Of a DNA stretch of 38,331 bases, positions 20,669 to 29,126 are shown piece by piece. The DNA is taken from UHGV virus genome UHGV-0375243; one strand, given 5' to 3'. Every line of letters begins with the position of its first letter. Position 1 is the stretch's first letter. Position numbers and translations under genes: made by a program. This DNA is from a virus. Under the pieces are notes generated by a model. The model was not told the origin of the DNA and searched no databases. It saw only the letters and a program-made list of their open reading frames with translations.

Positions 20669-20966
20669 GCTGATGATCTGCTCTATGTTTGTTGTATTCG
20701 AGCTTTTCAGTTATTGCACCCTCAATGTCATAACCAAAGGCTCCGGCATAATCCAAAATACGAATAACTGCATCAGCAAGTTCAACCTCTGCCATTTTTC
20801 TATGTGGCAAATGGTCATCCATTAAGTCTTTGCGCTCACCCTCCATCGCCTCACTGATTTCTGAGTGAATAAGGCAAAGTAATGTCCCTTTTTCGCGTGG
20901 ATTATCCCACCATCCTGCATCGATGTTTTGCTGATGGATCTGTTGTTGCAATTGTTTAATATTCAT
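20631..20966 (-). CDS. MazG-like nucleotide pyrophosphohydrolase
   Basis: An LIHSEISEAMEG...ELADAVIRILD motif matches the MazG core. Confidence 0.65.
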   Translation of the reverse strand: MNIKQLQQQIHQQNIDAGWWDNPREKGTLLCLIHSEISEAMEGERKDLMDDHLPHRKMAEVELADAVIRILDYAGAFGYDIEGAITEKLEYNKHRADHQRENRIKKGGKKF

Positions 20967-20990
20967 CTAAAAATCCTCTTGCGTGACATG

Positions 20991-21266
20991 TCACGATTGT
21001 TTGTTTATTTGAATTAACGGAATATCGAAACCTATGTGATTACCTTCAGTTAACTGTTCAAACTCTTTCTTGACTGCACTAATTACTTCACCTTCGCTAT
21101 CCATAAATGCCACAGGGTTTTGTTGAGTAAATGTGAGATTTTCACGTACTAGCTCATCGAGATATGTACAAATGGCATATACCTCTTCTGATGAGATATT
21201 TTCTGGCGATACAGAACCATCAAGAATGTCGTAACAAAGCCTAATAGCATCAATTTCTTGGCTCAT
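20991..21266 (-). CDS. Highly acidic hypothetical protein
   Basis: A 91 aa protein with about 17 acidic and 6 basic residues. Confidence 0.3.
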   Translation of the reverse strand: MSQEIDAIRLCYDILDGSVSPENISSEEVYAICTYLDELVRENLTFTQQNPVAFMDSEGEVISAVKKEFEQLTEGNHIGFDIPLIQINKQS

Positions 21267-21313
21267 AATTTCTTCCCAAACTCATTCAACGATTAATTAA
21301 CTCAGTCACGAAC

Positions 21314-21709
21314 TTAACGAATGGTAATAAGTTCATGATTTTCTGTATTTTCAGGTAACGTTACCCCTATCTTCCCCTGCTCACCCCAAAGCTTTGACGC
21401 GCTGATATTCCACACCCTGCAATCTTCATCAAAGATGGCGTCCATAACGGCTTTAATCAGATTATCGACATCAGGACGTTGCTGGTGGGGTTTGCCATTC
21501 ATCTCAATACGTTTTTTCTTGCTCCATGATTTAGGCATAGGGATAACAAACGTTAGGTGAGCACCGCTTTCCGGTAGCGTAAAACGGTTAGCTCTCATCT
21601 CGTCACAAAAAGCGTGGTACTTAACGACAACGGGTCTTTTCTTCCATGCGTCACGTTGTGTCATACGTGGCTTCGGTACAGGGTTGATATAATAAATTTG
21701 CTGTTTCAT
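21314..21709 (-). CDS. rusA: RusA-family Holliday junction resolvase
   Basis: The motifs PVPKPRMTQRD and DVDNLIKAVMDA match RusA signatures. Confidence 0.7.
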   Translation of the reverse strand: MKQQIYYINPVPKPRMTQRDAWKKRPVVVKYHAFCDEMRANRFTLPESGAHLTFVIPMPKSWSKKKRIEMNGKPHQQRPDVDNLIKAVMDAIFDEDCRVWNISASKLWGEQGKIGVTLPENTENHELITIR

Positions 21710-22119
21710 GCGCGTACCGCCACCAGCATCGCGTTCATACGGTTATGAATATCAGCAATCTTTCCATGCTGTAACGGTGGTAAGCTCTTTCTGACGTAGG
21801 TTAGTGAGCCTTTCTGACAGATAACATGCTTATCCGTAGGTTTTGCTGGCTTCTTTGTCATCAGTGATGCTTCTTTTTTGATATCTAATTCACGTAGGCG
21901 CTCCATGTAATCAGGCGTTAGTTTGTAGACATACCCAATGCCAACTACCGCTTTGCGTTCTACAACGGAGCTTTCAATCAATTTAATCAGTGCATAATTG
22001 GTTGTTGAGCGGTTCTTCTTTCCCTTGAGATCAGAAGCAATTGCCGTTATCTCGTTAACTGACAATGATTTTTTATTGTCACGTAAAATATCAACAACAA
22101 AATCCTGCATAAATTTCAT
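21706..22119 (-). CDS. Hypothetical protein
   Basis: A 137 aa ORF. Confidence 0.3.
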   Translation of the reverse strand: MKFMQDFVVDILRDNKKSLSVNEITAIASDLKGKKNRSTTNYALIKLIESSVVERKAVVGIGYVYKLTPDYMERLRELDIKKEASLMTKKPAKPTDKHVICQKGSLTYVRKSLPPLQHGKIADIHNRMNAMLVAVRA

Positions 22120-22365
22120 ATACGATAACCCTTAAGAGATTAATCATTATGGTTAATATATCCAATTTGGTTATGTTTTCAAGTATAAAAAAACAGAGTT
22201 TTTAATTAAACTCATACCCACTTAAAACGCTCTCAAATCGCCTATACGCTGTTTTCACAACTCAGTCACCCAATCGCATACCTACAACAAATAAAACTCA
22301 CTAGTGTTTATTACGCTAAGGATTTTGATATCCAACAACCCCTATTCGATTTTTAGTTTACGAAA

Positions 22366-23091
22366 TTACTTAACTGAACGCCGATAGCTTTGCCATGTGA
22401 AATTTATCGTTGTTGGATTTCCCATTCTGAGTCGATCTATTACTCGTTCATCCAACACTTTGGATAGTTGGGTATAATTTAGGTTTGTAAGCACTCCAAC
22501 AGGCTTTTTGTTTGCTAGTCTTCGATCCACTACTTGAAATATAATTAATTCCTCATTGAGGTTTCCACGTTGCACACCCACATCATCAAGCACTAGCAAA
22601 TCAACATCACACAGATCATCTATCAGTTTTGACTCTGTTGTTTTAGCATCCTTTTGATAGGTTTCACGAACCTTCATCATTATGTCAGGCAGTGTAGCGA
22701 TCAGAATACTTTTCCCTTTTTGGATAATGTGGTTGCCTATGGCTGACGCTAAATGATTTTTCCCAGTACCAGGATTACCACTGAAAATGAACCCACCAAA
22801 TGATTTACCAAATTGCTCAGCGTATCTCTTAGCTTTGTACAACGCTCTTTGTTGGTCTTCACATGTAACGTCATAATTATCGAATGAACAATTTTGGTGT
22901 AATGGGCTAATACCTGATCTACCCATGATTTTATTTAAACGAGCTACTCGGTTTTCATTTGCGATCCTCATTGAATCAATTTCACCCTGCTCTCGTTGCC
23001 ATGCCATTAATTCAGCAGAAGTAGTAAATTTAGGTTTAATATGCTCAGGCATTATTCGCTTTAGCCTTGCTAAGGTTGATGATGCAGTCAT
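22366..23091 (-). CDS. DnaC-like replicative helicase loader (IstB-like ATPase)
   Basis: A Walker A motif (GNPGTGKNHLASAIG) and a Walker B motif (LLVLDDVG) are present. The gene is coupled to the upstream initiator gene. Confidence 0.8.
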   Translation of the reverse strand: MTASSTLARLKRIMPEHIKPKFTTSAELMAWQREQGEIDSMRIANENRVARLNKIMGRSGISPLHQNCSFDNYDVTCEDQQRALYKAKRYAEQFGKSFGGFIFSGNPGTGKNHLASAIGNHIIQKGKSILIATLPDIMMKVRETYQKDAKTTESKLIDDLCDVDLLVLDDVGVQRGNLNEELIIFQVVDRRLANKKPVGVLTNLNYTQLSKVLDERVIDRLRMGNPTTINFTWQSYRRSVK

Positions 23092-23933
23092 CAGAAGTCC
23101 TCCGGTATAAACTCATCGTTCTTTTGAGATTGAATGATCCGTTGTGGTGGTGAAACGTTTGGTTTGAATAGTCCTTGCCAGCCATTGGTAATGGTTTTGC
23201 TAATTATTTCTTCAGGTGAAAAACCTAACTCATAACACTCAGTGAGTAATTTTATTTGTCCACTGAACGTTTGTTTCGATTTTATCGGGTGCTTGATTTC
23301 CTTTCGGTACTCAATCCACTTCTCCCAAACTTCAGGATTTAGCCAATCAGGTATTTTTTCTTCCAGGATATTAAAACCTCGCTTTTGTACCGACTTTTTT
23401 TTCAAGGGGGATTTAGGGGGTTTTATATCTTGTTCTTGTTCCTGCTCCTGTTCTTGGCTTCGTAGGGTCTTCAAAGCCCCTTCCAAGCCCCTTTCATTTT
23501 TTATAGATGATTCTCTTGCAGAACTTAAATTAAAAGCATCTTTATACTTATCATAAAACATTGATAGAAATTGATTTTTAGGCTGAGAGTCATACTCTCT
23601 TTGTATACCGATACACCGGTTATCTGATGGCTTCAAAGATGATGCTATTTGATATTTTGCCATCTCGATCACCCAAACAACTTCAGCATCCTCATCATAG
23701 TGGCAAAAACCTGCTTCAATGCACCTTAGAAGCCCCTTAGAAGCCCCTTCTAAACCTAGCCCTGTTTCGTGCGCCATATAGATAATAGGTAGGTAATACA
23801 TTCCGATCATATTGGCGTGAGGATTGGTTAATAAGTACATAGAGACAATAAGTGCTTCATGCCCTTTTTCTCTTATTTCCTTACCTGTTTTTCCTATCCA
23901 AAATTGTGGGGAAACTTTTCCATAGTCACGCAT
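23091..23933 (-). CDS. Replication initiation or replisome organizer protein (lambda O-like position)
   Basis: A 280 aa protein upstream of the DnaC-like gene, with an (EQ)4 linker encoded by a simple repeat near 23431..23456. Confidence 0.45.
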   Translation of the reverse strand: MRDYGKVSPQFWIGKTGKEIREKGHEALIVSMYLLTNPHANMIGMYYLPIIYMAHETGLGLEGASKGLLRCIEAGFCHYDEDAEVVWVIEMAKYQIASSLKPSDNRCIGIQREYDSQPKNQFLSMFYDKYKDAFNLSSARESSIKNERGLEGALKTLRSQEQEQEQEQDIKPPKSPLKKKSVQKRGFNILEEKIPDWLNPEVWEKWIEYRKEIKHPIKSKQTFSGQIKLLTECYELGFSPEEIISKTITNGWQGLFKPNVSPPQRIIQSQKNDEFIPEDF

Positions 23934-23943
23934 AAAACACCAT

Positions 23944-24129
23944 TCACTTAGCGCTGTTAATTAATTGCTTTAACACAGAGCGATAGACTGTTGAATTTTC
24001 AAAGTTGCATTTAACGCAAACACCATTACAAACATAACGTTCAGCAACATGACCGTTCTTGCATTTCTTACCTGTAAAAAATTTTCCAAGCCCTTTTGAC
24101 GCAGCTTCTTTTCGACTAATAATCTCCAT
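23944..24129 (-). CDS. Small zinc-finger protein (cII-position regulator?)
   Basis: A 61 aa protein with the motif CKNGH...CNGVCVKC. Confidence 0.3.
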   Translation of the reverse strand: MEIISRKEAASKGLGKFFTGKKCKNGHVAERYVCNGVCVKCNFENSTVYRSVLKQLINSAK

Positions 24130-24210
24130 TTCAACCTCATTTGATTATGTGTATGTGCAAATGCTATCCGTTATTTTAAAATAGATCAACCTAAAAAGAT
24201 TTATTGGTTA

Positions 24211-24245
24211 TCAATAAAAAATTAAGGACCACCGAAGTGATCCTT
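24211..24245 (-). terminator. tR1-like intrinsic terminator downstream of the cro-like gene
   Basis: The hairpin AAGGACCAC-CGAA-GTGATCCTT is followed, in the minus sense, by a T-run (AATTTTTTATTG). Confidence 0.5.
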
Positions 24246-24268
24246 ATCTATAAACAGCCTTTGAATTA

Positions 24269-24547
24269 TTATCGAATAAAGAAATTGATTAATTGCTCTC
24301 TGGTTGTATCTGCACCGAACTCAACACAAATATCATATAACTTATTGAGTTTACTTAGTGAAGGCTTACGTTTTGCATAGCGTAGCTGATGTGATAGATA
24401 CAATTGGCTATACCCCGTTCTTTGAGAAAATGCTTCTCTTTGCTTAATCGTTAAGCTATTCCAAAATTTTTTAAAGTCGAAAACTTCCATAATTTCACCA
24501 ATTTGATTAACCAATAAATAATAGTAACCGTTTAGGTACTTTACCAA
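24269..24547 (-). CDS. Cro-like HTH regulator (YdaS-like)
   Basis: An HTH motif (IKQREAFSQRTGYSQLYLS) is present. The start codon appears to be TTG. The gene is divergent from the CI-like gene. Confidence 0.45.
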   Translation of the reverse strand: MVKYLNGYYYLLVNQIGEIMEVFDFKKFWNSLTIKQREAFSQRTGYSQLYLSHQLRYAKRKPSLSKLNKLYDICVEFGADTTREQLINFFIR

Positions 24548-24624
24548 AAGGGTTATTTGTTTGTTTAATACACCATAACTTAATCAAATTTGTATAAATA
24601 ATAGACACCAAAGGACTTGGAAAA
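24548..24624. promoter_or_regulatory. Divergent switch region between the cro-like and cI-like genes
   Basis: A 77-bp AT-rich intergenic region with a TGTATAAAT extended -10-like element ahead of the cI-like gene. Confidence 0.35.
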
Positions 24625-25233
24625 ATGAAAAGCATTGCTGAAATTAGAAAAGATAACCTGATTTATATTATTGAACGCTACTACAACGGCAAACAAAAAT
24701 TACTTGCTGATGCGTTAGGCGTAGCACCAAGTATGATCTCTCGTTACCTATCACCAAAAGATTTAAAAAGCCATCGTGAACTCACCGATCCAATGTCACG
24801 TAAAATTGAATATGTGACTAGAATTAGCAAATATTGGATGGATGTAGACCATTTAAAAGAAGGTCATGCAGAGTCAGAAAAAGAAGAATATATTCCGACT
24901 GAAATTGGCAAGATACTCTCAGATAACATCACAACATTCATGTTAAATGATGGAATAAAATCAAGAGTTAAGCTTTCTGTCGATTCAGGGCTTGCACAAT
25001 CAACAGTTAACCGCATTATCAATTGTGAAGCCAGCGCCACCGCTGAAAGCATTGATGCCATTGCAAAAGCAATGGGTCGCCAAGCCTATGAACTACTGAT
25101 CCCTAAAAATGATAAAGGCACTATTAACTATGATAGAAGAGCCTATTCAAAACTTCCCGCCAGCGAACAAGCCGCTATTGAAAACTTCATTGAATTTATC
25201 ATTAATAAAAACCAGCCCATCTCCCACGACTAA
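24625..25233 (+). CDS. CI-like repressor with two HTH_XRE domains and no S24 peptidase domain
   Basis: The two HTH motifs are QKLLADALGVAPSMISRYL and QSTVNRIINCEASATAESIDAIAKAMG. Confidence 0.5.
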   Translation: MKSIAEIRKDNLIYIIERYYNGKQKLLADALGVAPSMISRYLSPKDLKSHRELTDPMSRKIEYVTRISKYWMDVDHLKEGHAESEKEEYIPTEIGKILSDNITTFMLNDGIKSRVKLSVDSGLAQSTVNRIINCEASATAESIDAIAKAMGRQAYELLIPKNDKGTINYDRRAYSKLPASEQAAIENFIEFIINKNQPISHD

Positions 25234-25314
25234 CCCTCTCCATTAAAAAGAAGTCATATCTTGGCTTCTTTTTACTCTTAATAAATAATTAAATTTCATA
25301 GTGATAAAAACAAA

Positions 25315-25333
25315 CATAACCATATTGGTGATT
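25315..25333. promoter_or_regulatory. Operator-like dyad, copy A (CATAACCATATTGGTGATT)
   Basis: Near-palindromic half-sites ATAACCA and TGGTGAT. The site lies 17 bp upstream of the -35 element of the recE promoter. Confidence 0.5.
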
Positions 25334-25349
25334 TATTTGTTTTTTACGG

Positions 25350-25377
25350 TTGACAATGGTTAATTTATGGTTATGAT
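25350..25377 (+). promoter_or_regulatory. Sigma70-like promoter for the recombination operon
   Basis: TTGACA, a 16-nt spacer, then TATGAT. The spacer contains TGGTTA half-sites. Confidence 0.55.
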
Positions 25378-25389
25378 TAAAAGTATAAG

Positions 25390-25406
25390 TTAACCAATAC
25401 GGTTAA
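25390..25406. promoter_or_regulatory. Perfect palindrome TTAACC-AATAC-GGTTAA
   Basis: It shares the TAACC half-site with the operator family. Confidence 0.4.
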
Positions 25407-25458
25407 TTTGCTCTTTAACAATATGGATAAAAGAGACTGATTTTTTAATGCGCTCAGA

Positions 25459-25477
25459 CATAACCAATTTGGTGATT
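25459..25477. promoter_or_regulatory. Operator-like dyad, copy B (CATAACCAATTTGGTGATT)
   Basis: It matches copy A at 17 of 19 positions. Confidence 0.5.
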
Positions 25478-25481
25478 AGTC

Positions 25482-25643
25482 ATGATCTTTTATATCAAAG
25501 ACGGTAAGCATGTATTTACCTTATCTGGCTTAAATGAGTCACAGTCATTTGACAATTTTAAAGCCGGTATTGAGTGGGCTTATGTAAGAAAGCTCGCATT
25601 ACAAACAGAACAATTAGTAGGTAAACAAAATGTCAGACACTAA
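25482..25643 (+). CDS. Small ORF (53 aa) overlapping the recE start
   Basis: An ATG at 25482 gives MIFYIKDGKHVFTLSGLNESQSFDNFKAGIEWAYVRKLALQTEQLVGKQNVRH. It is below the size cutoff of the ORF track. Confidence 0.25.
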   Translation: MIFYIKDGKHVFTLSGLNESQSFDNFKAGIEWAYVRKLALQTEQLVGKQNVRH

Positions 25644-27354
25644 GCACTTAAATGTGTTGATTGCAAAAGCTCTTTTACTTAACCAAGATATTACTGATAG
25701 CGAACAAGTAGATATGCTAACAGCTCATATCAACGGTGATATTGAAAAAGAAGAGTTTAAGCAATATGACCACTTTATTAATATCACGTTACTTGCACTT
25801 TCATTGGTTCCTAATATCAGTAGTGAACTCAGTGAAGAACAAATCGTTAACGCTATTATGTCATTTATTGATAACCCTGATATGCGTAGCGTTCGTCATA
25901 GAGTTAATCACTTTAACTCATTAATAAATCCAAAAACCACCTCAAATGAGGTAGAAAAAAAGGAAGCACCTCAGGAAGAGGTGATTTTTAACGCCAATAA
26001 AGATAACCAAAACGGTCAATCAAAGGAAGCGGAAGATATTCCAAAGGAAGAAAATGACCAACCTGCTTATTTTGAACCTGGTCGTTATCCCGATATTCCT
26101 AACGAGGTGTATCACAGTTCAAACGGCATCAGTAGTTCGATGCTAAAAGATGCTCGTATTAGTTTGATGTATTACGAGTTACGCCATATAACAAAAGTCA
26201 TTGAGCGTGAAAATAAGCGTTGTTTCGATTTAGGTAGTGCGTTTCACACGTTAACAATGGAACCTGAAAAGTTTGATGCTGAATTCAGTGTTAAGCCAAT
26301 CATTCCAGAAGGTGCCTTTACAACAACGGAAACAATGAAGTCATGGATTGACGAATACAATAATAAGTTGCCTAAAAAGCTCTCACAGGATGAGTTAAAA
26401 GCAATTATTGAAGAACATAATGCCACTCTGACACCGCAACTTTCCACCAGCGGAAAAGCCGAAGAGCTAGGTCAGATATACATGCAGTTGCCCGATGAAT
26501 TTAAAACCATCCCTGAAGATGGAAAATTCACAGGTGCAGCAATGAAAGCCTGTATCAAAGCCTATAACGATACTTTGCCAACACCATTGAAAACCTCAGG
26601 TAATACAGACGCATTACTTGATCAGATATACTTCCACATCAACCCTGAATTATATTTGGCAGAAACACATAAGCCTGAGCCACTTAGAAAACCCGTCAAG
26701 AAAGATGATCTCATGCAGGTCATTAAAGAAGTAAAACCTGATGCTGTATTTGAAGATGAAATCATTAGCCAATGGCTTAGTGACGATTCAAAAATTCACG
26801 TTCAAACCGTTGACTATGAAATGGCAAATAACATGCGTAACGCTGTTATGAACCACAAAGAAGCATCCAGTTTATTAAACCACCCTAACCGCGTATCAGA
26901 AGTGAGCTACTACGGCATTGATGAAGATACTGGTCTTGAAATTCGAGTTCGTCCTGATATCGAAATTCAAACAGAAAATAATCGATTAGGTTTTGACCTC
27001 AAATCGGTAGCACTTGGTCGATTTAAACAAGATGCCATTGAATCCATGATCCGCAGAGAAATCATTAATCGCGATTATCACATCAGTGCAGCTATGTATT
27101 GTGATGTGGCAATGCTTGACCAGTTCTTCTGGATATTCGTTAACAAAGACGAGCATTACCACTGGGTCGCTATCGTTGAAGCCTCTCCTGAATTACTTGA
27201 ACTGGGTCGCTCTGAGTACAAAAAGACACTGCGTGATATCCGTGAAGCTATGGATACAGGATATTGGCCAGCGCCTATCACCACTACTCTCACTATCGGT
27301 ATCACTGACTTTGAGCAGAGAAAGTTAGAAGAACTGCAAAACGAAGTCGCTTAA
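25630..27354 (+). CDS. RecE-like PD-(D/E)XK exonuclease (PDDEXK_1/DUF3799 core)
   Basis: The motifs YPDIPNEVYHSSNGISSSMLKD, DLGSAFHTLTMEPEKFD, RVRPDIE and FDLKSV mark the nuclease core. There is an N-terminal extension and an internal tandem duplication (MKxxIxxYNxxLPxxL...QIY, twice). Confidence 0.6.
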   Translation: MSDTKHLNVLIAKALLLNQDITDSEQVDMLTAHINGDIEKEEFKQYDHFINITLLALSLVPNISSELSEEQIVNAIMSFIDNPDMRSVRHRVNHFNSLINPKTTSNEVEKKEAPQEEVIFNANKDNQNGQSKEAEDIPKEENDQPAYFEPGRYPDIPNEVYHSSNGISSSMLKDARISLMYYELRHITKVIERENKRCFDLGSAFHTLTMEPEKFDAEFSVKPIIPEGAFTTTETMKSWIDEYNNKLPKKLSQDELKAIIEEHNATLTPQLSTSGKAEELGQIYMQLPDEFKTIPEDGKFTGAAMKACIKAYNDTLPTPLKTSGNTDALLDQIYFHINPELYLAETHKPEPLRKPVKKDDLMQVIKEVKPDAVFEDEIISQWLSDDSKIHVQTVDYEMANNMRNAVMNHKEASSLLNHPNRVSEVSYYGIDEDTGLEIRVRPDIEIQTENNRLGFDLKSVALGRFKQDAIESMIRREIINRDYHISAAMYCDVAMLDQFFWIFVNKDEHYHWVAIVEASPELLELGRSEYKKTLRDIREAMDTGYWPAPITTTLTIGITDFEQRKLEELQNEVA

Positions 27355-27399
27355 TAAAACTGCGCTTGAACAATCAGGCGCACGTTTGGAGTAAATATT

Positions 27400-28440
27400 A
27401 TGTCAGAAGTAGCAACTCTCGAAAGAAACCAATCAGTAATGAATAACACATCATTACTTTTTAATCCCGAATCATTAGACCGTATTGTTAAATTTGCTGA
27501 GCTAATGGCATCAGGTACAGCAACGGTGCCAAGACATCTGCAAGGTAAACCATCTGATTGTCTAGCTATCACAATGCAGTCTGCACGCTGGGGAATGGAT
27601 CCTTTCGTTGTCGGTCAAAAAACACATGTCATCAATGGTGTGCTTGGTTATGAAGCCCAATTAGTAAATGCAGTTATTACCAGTTCAAATGCTGTTGTAG
27701 GTCGGTTCCATTACAAATACGGTGGCGACTGGGAAAAGATTGTAGGCATGAAAGATAAACGTGATGAATCGGGTTTATTTATTAAAGTCGGTGCAATTTT
27801 AAGAGGTGAAGAAGAAATTACATGGGGTGAGCCTGTTTACCTTGCTGATGTACAGACGAGAAACTCACCACTTTGGAAAACAATGCCTAAGCAACAAATC
27901 GCGTATCTCGCTGTAAAATATTGGGCCCGTCTTTATTGCCCTGAAGTTATTCTTGGTGTGTATACGCCAGAAGAACTTGAAGATCGCCCGATTAAAGACA
28001 TCACCCCACAGAAAGAACGTGTAAGCATTGATGAAATCACTACCCAGCAACAACCAAATAATGCTGAACCTGTAAAAGAAGCTCAAGGCGAGTTTATACC
28101 TAAGTTCGATGCTGAAGCATTTAGATTAGCTATTGATGATGTTCAGACTGTCGAAGAAGCTAAAAATATTCGCGCAGAAATTGAGAACTTAAAAAATGAA
28201 ATAGGGATCAACCTGTTTGCTGAATTAAAAAATAAAGCAGTACAGGCATACCACCGCATTGATGCACGTAATGCCTTAGAAGCTTCTATCAACTCACTTC
28301 CTGAATCTGGCTCACCCGAAGCCACCGAAGCATTTGAAAAAGTAGACAAGCTACTTAAATCAAGCAAGCGAAAACTAGGTGATGAGTTATACGAGTCTTT
28401 CTCTATCACACTTGATGATATGCGCCCTGAATACCAGTGA
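27400..28440 (+). CDS. recT: RecT-family single-strand annealing protein
   Basis: The motif GKPSDCLAITMQSARWGMDPF is characteristic of RecT. Confidence 0.7.
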   Translation: MSEVATLERNQSVMNNTSLLFNPESLDRIVKFAELMASGTATVPRHLQGKPSDCLAITMQSARWGMDPFVVGQKTHVINGVLGYEAQLVNAVITSSNAVVGRFHYKYGGDWEKIVGMKDKRDESGLFIKVGAILRGEEEITWGEPVYLADVQTRNSPLWKTMPKQQIAYLAVKYWARLYCPEVILGVYTPEELEDRPIKDITPQKERVSIDEITTQQQPNNAEPVKEAQGEFIPKFDAEAFRLAIDDVQTVEEAKNIRAEIENLKNEIGINLFAELKNKAVQAYHRIDARNALEASINSLPESGSPEATEAFEKVDKLLKSSKRKLGDELYESFSITLDDMRPEYQ

Positions 28441-28484
28441 TCCTATTTAATGCGGAGCGATACAGCTCCGCAAGGAGTTTAAAT

Positions 28485-28742
28485 ATGAATATTAAATTAC
28501 CTACCAACCCTATTCGTATGCCTGCTGTTTTAAAGCTAACAGGACTTTCTCGCTCAACTATTCGCACTTTAGAGAAGAAAGGTGATTTTCCAAAGCGTAT
28601 GTATTTGTCGGTGCGCTGTGTTGCTTGGGAAGCGGAAGAAGTTGATGAGTGGTTGAAAAAACGTTCTCAATCAAGAGAGACACCTAAATATTACACCGAA
28701 CGTAAGCGTAATGAAGCTGGGCAGTTTGTCAGTAACGCCTAA
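28485..28742 (+). CDS. AlpA-family regulator or excisionase-like protein
   Basis: The start was corrected to the ATG at 28485, which has an AGGAG RBS. The motif PAVLKLTGLSRSTIRTLEKKGDFPK...WEAEEVDEWL is typical of AlpA/Xis. Confidence 0.6.
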   Translation: MNIKLPTNPIRMPAVLKLTGLSRSTIRTLEKKGDFPKRMYLSVRCVAWEAEEVDEWLKKRSQSRETPKYYTERKRNEAGQFVSNA

Positions 28743-28788
28743 CCCCTGCCCGTTTAACCAAAGGATATAACCATTACTCAGTGCAAGG

Positions 28789-29103
28789 ATGCAAACAGGA
28801 GATAGATATATGGCTAATAAATTTAATTGCCCCGAATGTGGATCAGCTGTAAATGCATGGGCTGATCTAGATGCGACAGTAATATTTAAAATTAATAATC
28901 ACGGGAAATTAACCAAACGTGTGATTAAAAATACAAATCAGACAGATGGACGATGCGGTGTTGAATGTACTAAATGTGATTGGATTCTATATGCTGATAG
29001 CGATTATTCAGAATATCCGCATTTTGAAGAGTTGGCTTGTCAGGCTCTTGCTTATGAAGAGGAAATAGGAACCTTAAGTGTGAAGTCAAAATATAGTGAC
29101 TGA
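28789..29103 (+). CDS. Zn-ribbon protein
   Basis: CPECG...CTKCD cysteine pairs are present. The likely start is the ATG at 28810 with an AGGAG RBS. Confidence 0.3.
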   Translation: MQTGDRYMANKFNCPECGSAVNAWADLDATVIFKINNHGKLTKRVIKNTNQTDGRCGVECTKCDWILYADSDYSEYPHFEELACQALAYEEEIGTLSVKSKYSD

Positions 29104-29126
29104 CTCGCAGGGATGCAATAAGAGGA

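Noticed and set aside
23431-23456. Hexanucleotide-like simple repeat (ttcttg/ctcctg)
   Set aside because: It encodes the (EQ)4 linker of the replication initiator and is a simple-sequence linker, not a regulatory repeat or a CRISPR.
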